Origin: the human T2T-CHM13v2.0 reference genome, Homo sapiens
Reading direction: 5' to 3' (one strand)
Assembly (NCBI RefSeq): GCF_009914755.1
Contig: NC_060932.1
DNA: 64,000 nucleotides
How positions within the stretch are numbered: position 1 is the first letter of the stretch; each line of letters begins with the position of its first letter. The notes under the pieces are model-generated. The model did no database searches. It was not told the DNA's origin and was given only the letters and a program-made list of their open reading frames with translations. A program made the position numbers and the translations under genes. Of the stretch, positions 31,788-46,755 are shown piece by piece.

Positions 31788-32883
31788 TTTTGGCTATTTT
31801 TGAAACTAAATTGATTTTAAAAATTAGGGGTTCACATAAATGGCAAAAAAAAAAAAATCATTAAGCAGAGGAACCTGTTGTATTTTGAAAAACAAATAAG
31901 AGCTTTCTTTTTTAAAAATGTGCAATAATATTTTCACTTGATTTATGCTTCTTTCAAATTCCACAAATTAAAAATGACTTGCAAATTAAAACAAAAATTA
32001 GAAAAACATTGTCATGTCTAACAGAATTCTCTCTCCCTTCTCTAAACACTACTTAGCCAGAAACAGAGAAATAAAAACTTCTATAAAAGAGGGTAGAGAA
32101 GCTGTTGTTTGTTTTTTAAAAGTTAATTCAGTGTGCAAAGCTGGTAAGGAAAGCCCATCCTCTTAGCTGGAGTTGCATAATCTTCAAAGAAGAGTCCCTG
32201 GAGAGTCATAACCAGAAATGTTGGTTCAACACACACACTTGCTGTGCAAGACTCCTGGCCTTCATCCAGACTCCTTGGGACAAGGTGTCCACATGCACCT
32301 GAATGCCGCCAAGGAGATGCCAGGTAAGAAGATTTTCACATAGGTATTTCAGTGTACAAACCTGTTGCACCACATGTGCCCACTCAGGTATTAAACTGAA
32401 TCCCTTTCCACACTGCAATGTGACTGAACCTGAGGAAAATAATCTTCCACACCAGGCACAAATGAATATTTCTGCTTAGGAGCAACCAGAAGTCCAGGAG
32501 TGAGAACAGAGTTCTCCAAGGCAATTGCCTCTGGCAGCCACAGGCTGAGATACCTGGGGTCTGTCTTTACTGAGAGACCTTGAAACCCTTAAGCCTCTTT
32601 TGGCCTCTATTTTCTCATCGCAAAAACACGGAGGCTGGATTTATCAGGTGGGAACTGCTTTAAGATTCTATGATACTTTAGTTTGTTTCTATCCAAACAT
32701 TCTCATGGTAATCCAATAAATTAAGGTGAAATTTATTGCAGTGATTGATTATTCAGTTAAAGCCAATTCAAAAAAAAAAACAAAAACCCGAGTTTATCAC
32801 TATGCAATATGTCCATGTAACACATCTGCACTTGTACTCCCTAAATCTATAAAGATAAAAAATATATTAAAAAAACAAAAACC

Positions 32884-33135
32884 AGCCAGGTGCGGTGGCT
32901 CACACCTGTAACCTCAACACTTTGGGAGGTGAGGCAGGCAGATCCCTTGAGGAGTTTGAGACCAGCCTAGGCAACATGGCAATACCTCATCTCTACAAAA
33001 AATACAAAAATAGAGGCTAAGGTGGGAGGATCGCTCACTCGAGCCTAGGAGGTTGAGGCTGCTGTGAGTTGTGATTGTGCCATTGCCTTCCAGCTTGGGC
33101 AACAGAGCAAGACCCTGTCTTAAAACAAAAAAATG
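32884..33135 (+). mobile_element. AluJ with internal deletions
   Basis: Alu left and right arm text with gaps. Confidence 0.85.
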
Positions 33136-33173
33136 AAAAAACCTGTAAGCTACACTTGTGTGCAAGCACATGC

Positions 33174-33175
<2 letters not shown>

Positions 33176-33214
<39 letters not shown>

Positions 33215-33224
33215 CTCTCTCTCT
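33176..33224 (+). repeat. (CA)n(CT)n microsatellite
   Basis: Directly visible. Confidence 0.95.
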
Positions 33225-33777
33225 TCACTCTTAAAATACGGGGCTTGAAATTATTTCAGTTGTTTGTTCACACAGGCCCAAATTGCTCAACACTGGGTTT
33301 CATGTTGCCGCTATTGACATGTTAATTGTACTGGATTGTTTTCTGTCCTCTCAACTGTCCTCATCTCTCTTTAAGCAGAATGGATTTCTAAACATGGGTC
33401 CTCAAAACAGGATGGTGGAGCCAGCCCCACATGCTTGGGGGCATGTAAGAGCTAAACGTGCTGATATGCTGAATATGTGCCTGAAAGATGGATGTGACAC
33501 AAGGACAATAAACAGTGGTTGATTGAAGGAAAAATTCCTGAAAAATTGAAGGCAAATACATCTTTCACTAAACAGAATCAAATTTTATGTGTTGTAGGAC
33601 AAGTATCCAGGACTACATTTTAAAAATGTAAATGTAAAAAGAACACTGGATTTAGGTCCAAATTCATTTCTGCTACTTACTGTGCAACTTTGGGCAAGAT
33701 CCTTAAGCACTGTCTCTGAGCTTTGGTTTCTTCTCTAAAAGTGTAGATTAGACACCCACCTCAAAGGAAAGGGTGGT

Positions 33778-34144
33778 TGTGATGGTTAATACTAAGTGTT
33801 AACTTGATTGGATTGAAAGATACAAAGTATTGATCCTGGGTGTGTCTGTGAGAGTGTTGCCAAAGGAGATAAACATTTGAGTCAGTGGGCTGGGAAAGGC
33901 AGACCCACCCTTAATCTGGGTGGACACAATCTAATCAGCTGCCAGCACCACTAGAACATAAAAAGAGAGACTGGCCTAACCTCCCGGACTATATCTTTCT
34001 CCCATGCTGGATGCTTCCTGCCCTCGAACATCGGACTCCAAGTTCTTCAGTTTTGGGACTTGGACTGGCTCTCCTTGCTCCTCAGCCTGCAGACGGCTTA
34101 CTGTGGGACCTTGTGATCATGTGAGTTAATACTTAATAAACTTT

Positions 34145-34201
<57 letters not shown>

Positions 34202-34226
34202 CTGTCCTCTAAAGAACCCTAATACA
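33778..34226 (+). mobile_element. MLT2A1/MLT2A2 (ERVL) solo LTR with internal (TA)n at 34147-34198
   Basis: TGTGATGGTTAATACT...TTGATTGGATTGAA...CCCTAATACA; 5-bp TSD gtggt/atggt. Confidence 0.9.
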
Positions 34227-34860
34227 ATGGTTTTGAAGATTGAATAGGAAACTATAAAAGTGCCTGGTATAGTACTTAATATACACAAAAGTTTTTATTT
34301 GGATATTAAAATAATTATTTTATCATTTGAGAAATCTTTTTGAAATGCAAATAATAATTAATGCTGATTGATTGATATGTGTGTGTGTGTGTTTGTGTGT
34401 GCGTGTGATTTTTAAAATGGAGTCTTATAAAAATTTTCTCCAGATAAGACGTGTTCATCATTCTGTCACACAGGGCACCCACCACTCAGAGAAAATATCC
34501 ATCCTCCGCCCCTCCACACACATCAAGTTCTTATCCAAAAGAAGTTTCTCCCTTCCTTTTTATGCCAACATGGTTAGCTCATATTTCCTTTACTAGTGAC
34601 CAATATCATTTTACCTATCTATTTTAGGATAGCTTTTCCAGAAACTATGAAAGGCAGAAGAAAATTCCTCCTGTTTCAAAGACCTACAAAGCAGTAGCAG
34701 ATTCACCAACTTCTGCTGCAGATGCTACAAGAAGCCTTTATTCACTGTCTCAAATGCATTTTTTTTTCCTGCTTTGGCATAACCCTGCAAAAGCTAAGGA
34801 GAGCAAGTGTCCTCAAAAGAAAGGGAGTGTTAAAACCCCGTTTAAAAAAATACGAAAACT

Positions 34861-35333
<473 letters not shown>

Positions 35334-35399
35334 TTATTGAGAGGACCACATGACCATGAGTAGCAGCAATACATTACCTAAGTTATTATTATTATTGTT

Positions 35400-35900
35400 A
35401 TTCATCATGCATTCAACAAATACTGAGATCACTGTTCTAGGCTCTGGGGATATAGCATTAAATCATCAGACTAAGATGTCTGCCCCTCGTGCAGCTTCCT
35501 AAGTAATTGTAAGATATTTTTAGTTTGGGAATAGTTCTAAGTAGAAAATAAACAGAGCAAAGTAATTAAAAACAAAACAAAACAAAACAATAAACAGGGT
35601 GGAGATGGGAGTGGTTCTAGGTTAGTCAGTCCTTTTTGATGGGGATTTGGGAGCTGAGTCCTGAGCAATGGGAAAGAGCCAATCATGAACAGATGTGGAG
35701 GAGGAGCATCTGTTCTGGGAAGAGCATCTGCACTTCTTCATGCAGGTTCTGAGTTGGGCATGAGATTGACATGTCAATGGACTAGAAAGACAGCCCATGT
35801 TCTTGGAGCACAATGAGCAAGGGAGAGGGACAGAGGATGAAGTCAGAAAACAGACGGAAACCAGTGCATCTAGGTCATGGTAAGGATTATTCCAGAAATC
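35400..35900 (-). mobile_element. L2
   Basis: ttcatc.atgcattcaacaaata...ctaggctctggggatatagca...gagctgagtcctga. Confidence 0.65.
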
Positions 35901-36135
35901 TGCTGAAATGCAGATGTTCCTGTTTAATTGCCTTGACACACAATAGGCACTTAAAAAATATTTATATTCATTGATTTCCTACAGACATAATGTCTTAGAT
36001 AAATATGTGATCTAACAGTCATCTAATTGACCAGGGCTCTGAGCAAATGGCAGATGTACCAGCATAGCCTTTTTAAAGAGGACAGTAATGCAGGCTGCAT
36101 TCCAGGGAGCAGAATCCAGAGGTGGGCTTCTCATC

Positions 36136-36475
36136 TGTAATGGATTGAACGTTTGTGACCCCCAAAAATTCATATCTTTAAATCCTAACCCCCAATTTGA
36201 TGATGGTATTTGGAGGTTAGCCTTGGTCACGAGGATGGACCGCTTAAGAACGGGATTAGTACACTTTTAAAAGAAACCTCAGAGAGCTCATTTGCACTAT
36301 TTGTCATTTGAGGACATGGGAAGGACCAGAAAGAGGCCCTCATCAGACACCGGATCTGGCAGCTCCTTCATCTCGAATAGCCCAGCCTCTAGAACCGTGA
36401 GAAAATAAATTTCTGTTGTTCATAAGCTATCCAGTCTATGGTATTCTGTTATAACAACCCAAACAAGCTAAGACA
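36136..36475 (+). mobile_element. MLT1A-type MaLR solo LTR
   Basis: TG...CA termini, aataaatttctgttgtt.ataagc; perfect 5-bp TSD tcatc. Confidence 0.88.
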
Positions 36476-37216
36476 TCATCCATCTTGGAAGAAACCGCTC
36501 CTATTTCACTGTAAATTGCAGATTCCACCAACACCCTGCCAAACACCAAGAACTGAGCTCAAGGTTAGTGTCATGTCTTCTGGGTGCCAAGACTTCGAAG
36601 CCATCTCTGGGGAGTGTGGGAGGGAAAAAACCAACAGCTCAAGACCCATTCTCTACTCCTTTCTAGCAATGCAACTTTGAGCAAGTGAATTACCTAGTAA
36701 CAATAAAGGTAAGTGTTCATGTAGTGCTTTCTATAGGGCAGACATTGTTCTAAAGACCTTGTATGTATTATCTCATTCAGTCTTTAAGAAGGGATAATAA
36801 TAGTGCCTACTTCATAGGCTGAGATGTGAATTGCAAATCAATCAATGTTTGTTCCCTCCCCCTTTTTCTGTGAAGACTAAAATGTCTGCCTTCAAAAGCA
36901 CTAGAAGAGATAACGTGTATGAATTGCTTGCTCGATAGTGGGTGCCCAACATATTATAGCTATAATAATAATGATGTTATCAAGTCTCCCTCTGTGAAGC
37001 CCTAGTTTAGCTGGGGGGTCAAAGCCCTGCTGAATGACTTGCAAAAGTCAGGTATTTGGGGTATATCTTGCTGCTAACTTATCCTAGAGACTGATTAAGA
37101 GCCTGGAGCATAATCAATGCTTAACAAATATTCTTTCCTCTCTGCTGAGATCCAGAACTACCTGAAAAGGTAGCTCAGAGAATACAACTTAGTATTTATT
37201 AACTGTAGAAAAGAAG

Positions 37217-37525
37217 ATCGGGTGTGGTGGCTTATCCCTGTAATCCCAGCACTTTGGGAGGCCTAGGCAGGAGGACCGCTTGAGCCTAGAAGTTTGAGAC
37301 CAGCCTGAGCAACATAGCAAGACCCCGACTCTACAAAAAATAAAAAATTAGCTGTGGTGGTGGCATGAACCTGTGGTCTCAGCTACTCAGAAGGCTGAGG
37401 CAAGAGGATCGTTTGAGCCTAGGAGGTCAAGGCTACAGTGAGTCATTGATTGCACCACTACACTCTAGCCTGGGTGACAGAGTGAGACCCTGTCTCAAAA
37501 AGACAAAAACAAAAACAAAACTTTA
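37217..37525 (+). mobile_element. AluJ
   Basis: Full Alu. Confidence 0.9.
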
Positions 37526-40039
37526 AAAAAGAAAATCTAAACCTTTGTTTAAGGTGTTACTCTCCAATGTTCAAATTCATGCCTCAGCAGAGAATTTGAC
37601 AATCAGAACATGAAGAGGGGTCCTGGCACCTCTGTCAGCCACATCAGGACCGGCCTGAGAGTAAGAGGCAATAACAGTGTCATGGCCAAGCAGAAGAAAG
37701 GGTTAGGGGAGCTGGCTAAGGGAGATGGGCTCAAAACAGTGAGAATGACACCTTGTAATAAGGCAAAGAAGTAGAGAGTGTTCATAAGCCAAGATTTCGC
37801 AAGCAAGATCTGCCTGTGTAACAGTTTATGAACCCTATATTCTGCCATACATACTGTACCATATCCAACAGGCCCCAGGGGATAAGAGTTGAGGGACCCC
37901 TCATATGCCTCCCTTACCACAGCCTGCCACAAGATCTCATCTTAGAAGAGGGACATTTTGAGGCTAATGTCTCTATCTCCAAAGACCTCTGTGAAATGCC
38001 AAGGTCTGACTTGAGAGAGGTAATACATCTGTCCATTCACCTACCCACAAATCAGTGTGTTGTCTTAGTAGATAAGCCAGCTCTCATGTTAGGAAACTAA
38101 GAGTAGAGTTCAGAGATAGGACACAAATCAGAAAAACCGCTGTCAGTTCTAAAACAGGCCAAAAAATAACAATAAATCTGAGGTTTAAAAAAAAATCAGA
38201 ACAATGGTTGCCTAGGGGGGATTGACTGAGAAGGTACAAGAAGGAATCAGGGGAGGGGGAAATTCTATGTTGTGATAGGGAGTAAGTTACATGGGTGATG
38301 TATCCATTTGTCAAACTTGGACCGCTAAGAGCCCAAGAACTGAATATTTCAATGTACGTAAATTTTACCTTAAACAACTCTTAAGAAAAATAATAATGCA
38401 ATGGAAGAGTGGAGGAATAGATAATATAGAGATGGCAGAATGAGATGGGTACATGAGTGTTCATTATACTATTGGATTTACTTTGTATATGTTTAGAATT
38501 TTCCATGATAAAAAAGCTAAGAAAAGTCTTAGGAGCAGCAGCAGGTAGGACTGGGGACCAGGAAGGGGCTCTGTGGGATGAGGACCGACACAGTCAAAGG
38601 ACTGCATGGGGAATACACAAAAATGTTGGGGGGAGGGAGGAAGGAGCCTTTTGTCCCCTGCACATTTCTTGTCAAATTTAATCCCACGTGTTATATATGC
38701 TTTTGCCTTATGAATCCAATCTTTTTCCATTTCATTTTCTAACTGCATAAAAGAAAGCTAATATTTTCATGTGTTTGCACAGGCCACTGTATTAATAGTT
38801 ACAAGCTTCCTAAGAGGAGGGGAACTAGAAGGTTACAACGTGGTTTAAATGTGTCCCAGGCCAGCCCTGCTCATACCAAGTGAGAGAACTTCAGAGGAGA
38901 GGGACCCACAAACCTAAACTGAAATTGCTTAAGAAACTTCCATATGTAGATTGTTGTATTCCCAGAAATGATTCTCATCACACAAAAAAATTGGAGGTTG
39001 GGGTAGGTTAGTGAATAGTCTTCATGTGTAGATAGATTTCTCCACCAGGGGATAGAGCTGACAGAACGAGGCCTGCAAACTCATGGAAATTAGCAGTAAT
39101 GAGACATAAACAGTCAAACCTCAAAATAACATCTCTGGCCTTTAGAATCAACACAGCTCTCCTGTCAGCCTGCACCTGGCCCGTCCGGCTGGGTCTGGGA
39201 GCCAGTGGGGTTTTAGGCCCCTTTTAACAGCTGCCAAAAGCACATTACTCATGGCCGGGAAGTTGGCCTTTTATGTTGCCACAAGTGGTGCAGCCGTTGT
39301 TTGGACCTGGCGGAGTCCATTGTAGGTTTTTCTCAGGGATGGGGCTTTGTTCTTTGATTTTTCCAGAAGCTCTAGTTTGTTCAAATGTTACCCATGTGCA
39401 GTTTGCAAGCCCCCCATGCTCCTGTGCTGGCCTACAGCCATGCTCACTGCCTGGCAGCATCCTCCAGCCCCTGGAGAAGCAGGGCAAGAGGCTGAGGTTA
39501 GAACAGCAGAAGGTTACAACCTCACCCTAAGAAACTGTTTGACCTGCCTTGTCAGGGTCCAGGTTCTTAACACAGTGCAAAGAGCTGGGAGGAGGCAAAT
39601 TAACACAAAAACTGCCTCTTACAGGCATACCTGTGAAACTACAAAAAAGCCTAATTGTAATACCTCTGTTTGAAATACACCCTTGAAATAAGTTGGTTGG
39701 TTGGTTGAGTGGTTGGGTGGGTGTATCTAGTTAAAAGAATCCCTATATCTATTTAGTTGATAAGATCTTTTCTGGGTTTCTAAGCTGCAGATCAGCCTGG
39801 TGCAAATGGATTTAGGGTGAAATCCTGGTGGAGGTCATTAGTATCTGGTGATGATATGCTCACAATATTTTAGTGTAATTATTTGTCTACTATCTATTTC
39901 CCCTTTTAGACTTTCAGTTCTTCAAGGGAAGGAGTTGTGTCTATCTTATTCACTGCTCTATCTTCAGGGTCTGGCTCAGACAAAACCTTCAAAAAAAAAA
40001 AAAACATAAAACTCTACTGCATGAATGAATATGTTGAAT

Positions 40040-40278
40040 CTTGAGAGCTTGTCTGGAGGTTCTAGCAGGGGAGCTCAGCTACTCTGTACCCTTGACCGAA
40101 GGCCGGTCCTCCTCTGTCGGAGATGGTCATCCACTTCAACTGAGCGCACAGCTTCAGGAGAGAGGCACATGGAGTGCTGAGGGAGGAAGGGGACACCTGC
40201 CTAGCCAGCCAGATCAGCTGAATTAATCCTGGTGGTCAATAAGATGACAGATGTCACAGCCAGATCACCCTTGCATGC
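40040..40278 (-). pseudogene. RN7SKP85: 7SK snRNA retro-pseudogene (RN7SKP), 3'-truncated at about nt 240
   Basis: Reverse strand gatctggctgtgacatctgtca...gctgatctggctggctagg...ggtcaagggtac...cccctgctagaacctcca.acaagctctcaag matches 7SK; 15-bp TSD aatatgttgaatctt. The number 85 is from memory. Confidence 0.93.
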
Positions 40279-40309
40279 AAATATGTTGAATCTTTAATGT
40301 TCAAGTTGT

Positions 40310-41200
<891 letters not shown>

Positions 41201-42552
41201 AACTGGGACTTTTCTTACTTCCACATTAGATACATGGACAGCGATGGTGTTTTATTCAGCTTGTTATTCCTGCACACCTAGCTCAGAACCTGGTACATAG
41301 TAAGAGCTCAAATATTATTAAACGAATGAACAAACAAAACAGGAAACAAATAAAAAGGGATTCAGAAGTTTATTTATTGCTCTTCTATTATATACAAGGC
41401 ACTGCTGATCGCTGAGTGAGGGCTGTTCTTAGAATTTATTATTTACTTGCATATTTAAACTATAGTATTTATAAGGCATTGGTTACAAACTATTGTAATT
41501 CTTGGCTCTTGTCCTTTGATTTATATAAATTATGGTTTATCAAAGTACATGCTGTTTGCTTATTTTCTTAATGCACACATACTCATTCATTCTTGAAGCT
41601 TTAAGAAAAGTAACTTCCTCTATTTCCTCTATTATGTTTATTAGCAAACCCTTTTTATGAAATATGGAAACTATTTTTTCTTCTTTGAAATTAGTTAAAA
41701 TTGGTTCCGCTGAGGATTGTCAAACTCTGGCTGTTTGCTGACCTCATTTCATGTAGAGCACTAGGGTATACACCATCCATGGGGTTTCAAAATGTTTGAT
41801 GTTTGAAACTTTTAAATTAAAAAGAAATGTGGAGCCTTGATCAAATGGAAAGGTTTTAAATATATCTAAAGCAAATTGTAATGAAGCAAAATGTATACTT
41901 GCTTACAGTCAATGACCCATGTTAGAAGAAGGTATGAAATAAAAAAAGAACAGTAATAATGCAAATATTATGTTAATAAGTCTGGGGATTGAGTTTGTGG
42001 GAGTTATAATAAAGTTTCTTTTTTCCTTTCACGCTGTTCTTCATCAGAGCTCCAGTGAAACAAGAGTAATAAAATTTCCATCAACAGGTGGCAACACTTG
42101 TATTGTTTGCTTTTTAGAGTAGGCCTTGATTGCATTTCAGAACAAATGCATTGATAGTTGGCAAAGATGAATATGATATTTTTTTAAAGCAACCAAATCC
42201 AGAAATAACCTCATGCAAACATAAAATGAAAACTGTGACAGAAGAAATCATGAAAACAAACAAACAAACCTAAACCCTAGCACTACTTGTGAACATGGCC
42301 TGAGAAACCCCACGGGCATGTCCTTAAGCACAGAACGACGGAGTCTCCCTAGGCTAGAACAACCCAGAAGCCCACAGTACAAGGGTGAATGGTCACTCAA
42401 CCAGAGATATAAATAAGATGGAATACCCTTTAGCTATTAAAAGTGTTGAAGTCTGGGGTACCCTCCAAGTCATGGAAATGTGTATATGGAATAAAGTGAA
42501 GTGAAAAACCAGAACATAAAACTCTGTGTATATGCAGGTTACAGTTTTGCAA

Positions 42553-42554
<2 letters not shown>

Positions 42555-42593
<39 letters not shown>

Positions 42594-42600
42594 CGCGCGT
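42555..42600 (+). repeat. (GT)14(GC)7 alternating purine-pyrimidine tract
   Basis: Directly visible. Confidence 0.95.
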
Positions 42601-45600
42601 TGACAATGATGGGAGAGAATTTGGAACCATATCAATAGTTTTACGTTGAGCCAGCCAGTTCTTTTTATTTTTTTCCCCCTGTGGAATTTGTTTAGATTCA
42701 TGATATTAAAAAGGAAAGAAAAGAAAAACCATAGCACTAAAACCAGTCATTGTACCCTGAAAGAGTTGTCAGGCCTTCTTGAGTTCATGGAGGTTTGCAG
42801 GTTCAGAGAGTCCATTTGAAGAAAGCAGAGAAGCATGAAGACAAAGATTCCGTTTTTGTCCCTGAAAATTTTGTGGAGGCTGTTCCCCGTCCTTGGCAGG
42901 CCTCTGCCTTCTTGTTTCTTCACACTGCAGTTTAGATAGCAGGGAGAACCTTGTCTGTTTAATAAGTTTGTGAACAAAGCCTGATTGCTTCCCTTGTCAA
43001 TAAATAAACATTATCTGCTTCTGTTTCTCTGCTAAATTGAGTTTTTGCTTACCCTAACTGGTTATATAAAGGCTTTATGTACACAGGAAAAAGAAATGAC
43101 AAGGTTGTGTAAGCAGGCAGCCCTGGGTAGAGTTGTGAAGTCAGTACAGTTTATTTCTATGGGCTCCTTCTTCTTCTTTATGCATACTTTCCCTCTTTCA
43201 AAGGCCCAGATGGCTCCTGAAACCACTATGCTCATCTTGCATCAACCTCGTAAGGAACCAATGGATTTCTTCCCAGGATTCTTTAAATCAAAACAAAAGA
43301 GGGACTAGCCCAAGGAATGATCACTACAGACTGAATTTTGGGCATGGAAGTGGGTTTATATTTGAGAATGACAATCTTAAGTCATACCACATAGGCAACA
43401 GTCCTTGTAAAAAGCCAGAACTGAGGAACAAACCTGAGGCACAGTTTAATTTACTGGCTTACCACCAAACAATTAAAAGGAGGTAAACTCAGTATTAGAA
43501 GCTAGGTCTGCGGAAAGCAGAAGGTGCAATGAGAGGCTGTGAGAGTTCAGAGGAATGAGGATGAACCTCTCTTTCTCTTCCCATAGGATAGTGGAGCCTG
43601 GACACTGTGCCCATAAAATGCCTCAGAATTGTTGCTGGTGTAAGGCACGGTATGGTACCAACAAGAAGGGAGAGGACAAAATCCTCTGATTTTGAAATAA
43701 TGAGGGACAAAGGAGAAAACTACTCACACCAATGATTCAAAGCTAGGTTTCCTCTGAAATGTCATCCTGTAATGAGAATGATGTTAAAGTCCAAAACTTT
43801 CTCAAAAGTAACCACAAGAAGGTCAGATTGACCAGACAGAGTGGGTGCTTTGGGGCCCATCTGCTCCCAAAGTCATTCATCAGACTCAATGCTACTTCTC
43901 TCTATGTGCAGGGCTGCCATTGGTCTCCTGAAAACCCATAAGAAATTTTTGATCTTTCTGTTGGCTCAACAATTCTGATTTTTCTGCCTGGCTTATTGAT
44001 AGTGATTGCTCACATTTCAAGTAAAAACTGCAAAATAAGGCATCCAGACTTGTTGCATCACAAGGCAGGAAAAGACAATTACTGAAAATCTAAAGAGAGA
44101 TACGTGACTATTCTGCAACAAGTTCCTTAGCTCTCCCAAGATCATGGAGCAGATTGGCAGCAGAATTGGAGAGAAACTGTTTTCTGTACTGTATGCCTCA
44201 CTCACTCATTTACCTGAGGGACTCAGGTTTTGAGGTAATAGAGATGCCAAATCCTTAGCACTTTACTGTATAGAAGGCAGCTCCATAGCCTTCAATGTCA
44301 GGAATAAAAACTCATTCAAACCCCTCTAATTTTAAAGATTTTTTCAGCCCCCTTTTTTCATCTGAAAGTTGTATTGTTGTTGGCCCAAACACCACTTTTT
44401 GATTGCCCTTGCTGCTTGCTGTGAATGCAATCTCTAAAGCACTCTGTTTAATCTTTGAATCAGCTCAGGAAGATGGAATTACCATCCCTGGAAAACTGCA
44501 GTTTAGTTTCAAGGAACCCGCTGCAGCTGCAACAATAAGATGGAAATGTGGTTTGGAGGAGGCAAGGATTAAAGGTATGGGATTAGGAAACCCTTGTTTG
44601 CCCTAGTGAGTTGAATGACCACATAAATCACAGGCTAAACTTGGCTCTGCTCAGCTCATATTAAAGTATGTAGCATCAGAGCCTCCTCATAATCAGGATT
44701 TGTCATCTTGAGTATCAGGATGGAAGATGCAGATGCCAAAGAGGGGCCGGGGGAGAAGAGAGGATGAGAAGGAAGTGAATAATTTTGGAGACAGTGACTA
44801 CTATTTTGATAGGAACCAGAATGTCTGCACTATTTCAAGAACCACATATAAGGACAAAAGCTGTTGGAAATGTGCCTTCTAACTTCAAATTGCGCCTGAC
44901 CATTAGAACGCTGATAAGGGTTGGGGGGAGAGCAGCTGGAACTCTGCAGGCTGCTTGGGTTTCTTTTCGTGATATTTATTCCTAGATCACATTTGCAGCT
45001 GCTTTTATCTGCTCTTTAGAAGTTCTTATATTTGGGGAATCATTCATTGTGAAATAAAAACCTATTCATTGACCTGGAAATGTGATTTATTAGTCAGCTA
45101 CAGAACTAGTTGTCTATTAATGCAAACATATGGAATACGGAACTTTTCATTCTACCCAAGATGCCACTTATGGACCCTCAAGTTTATCATACCCCGTGAT
45201 GCCCCCATATTAGTGCCCTGGGCTAAGACATTGAAAATAATACTCTCTTCAAGAGAAAGTAAAACAATACACACACATGCACACACACACACACATCTAT
45301 AATGCAGTAATATGGACAGGGAAATGGGAAGAGGTTTTTGAATAAGAACCAAAGCCGTAAAAGAATAACCAGCAAAGAAAAGACAACATACAAATGCAGT
45401 TGTAAAATTAAGGCCGTTAAGAAATAAGGCATAGCCAGATCTTCTTAAAATGGGGCCAAAGCACATTGGGATTTGGGACAACAAAAGAGGAAGTTAGGGC
45501 AGGGTAGAGGAAACTGACTCCAGGATAGCTATGGCATGGTATGTTAGGACACAGCAAGCTTAGGTGTGCTATGGTACCAGCTGGCCCAAAACCAGTAGGC

Positions 45601-45949
45601 AAGGCAAGGTACTGAGAAGTTCCAGGCAGCAGTGGTGGGTGGTTGTGTGGTGACAGTGAGAACTGCAGGGGCATGGGGCCCGAATGCAGACTAGGCTGTG
45701 TAAGGGCCACAGCCAGGCAAAATGAAGTTTATAGTGTGTCCTAGCTCTATGCAGAGCCAGGAGTTCTAGGCAGGATAACCAAGCAGATCAAGCTAGAATC
45801 AAGATATCTAGATGGGCGCAGTTCTGACAGAATGAGGGTGATGAGATGATACTTCCACTTTAGGGCTACATTAGGCCTGTGGCTCAATCTCTGAATGTGA
45901 GATCATGCTGGCAATCCAACTTTATTTCAAATCATACTGGAGGGCAGAG

Positions 45950-46755
45950 CTGAGGCTACCTGTCTTGTTCAGGGTTGGACCATGTGTTGGCCCTATAGTG
46001 TTATTTGTCTGCTCAACAGTCCTTCCTTTGGGAATAACTTTTCTGTGATTCATTGTGGTTTGGGCATTGCCCTCCCAGTGCAAAAGGGTGGGACTATGTC
46101 TCAGATCTGGCCAGTCAGATTCCTTTATTCCCCAACCTACAGTGATTAATCCAGAGATACGCATATGGCACAAGCTGAGCCAAATCTTCTATGGAAGGTC
46201 TTCTCCTACTACTAGTGTTTATTGAGTGCTTACCCTGTGCTGGGAACAGTTTAAATGCTTCAGATGCATTATCTCATTTAATTATCATATAATTTGATAA
46301 GGTAATGCTATTATTATCACCCCTTTACAGATAAAGAAACTGAAGCAAAGATAGAGTAACTTGTCTAAGATCATACACCTAGGTGGTAGAGATAGACTGT
46401 GTAACTAGGCAGTCTTGTCCCAGAGCTTGTGCTATTAACATGAAAGCAAAGACACACTTCCCTGCTCTAGGATTGTAAACTATAATGATCACATAACATA
46501 AGCTGGAACTATAAGTGTCCACGTTCCTAGGCCACAGAGTGGGAGCTGTCTGCAGTAGAAGAGAATGAGGCCATATATTATGAAAAGAAGGGAAAGAGAT
46601 CCTCATGATATGGTTTGAGTGCCTGGATCTAGGCATGCCTGAAGCTATTCAACTCATGGACTTTTCGGTTACATGGACCACTAAACTCCCTTTATTGCTT
46701 AAACTAGCTAGAGTTGGGTTTTTGTCACTTGCAAACAAGAGTCCTGACTAATACA
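45950..46755. mobile_element. MLT1J/K fragments with an intervening antisense MIR (about 46210-46440)
   Basis: gcatgcctgaagct...tggacttttc.gttaca...tttgtcacttgcaa..aagagtcctgactaataca; MIR core tttacagataaagaaactga. Confidence 0.65.

Noticed and set aside
36030-36612. Possible hAT-like DNA transposon flanking the MLT1A LTR
   Set aside because: Termini (caggg...ctctg) are suggestive but I cannot assign a family reliably without a search.
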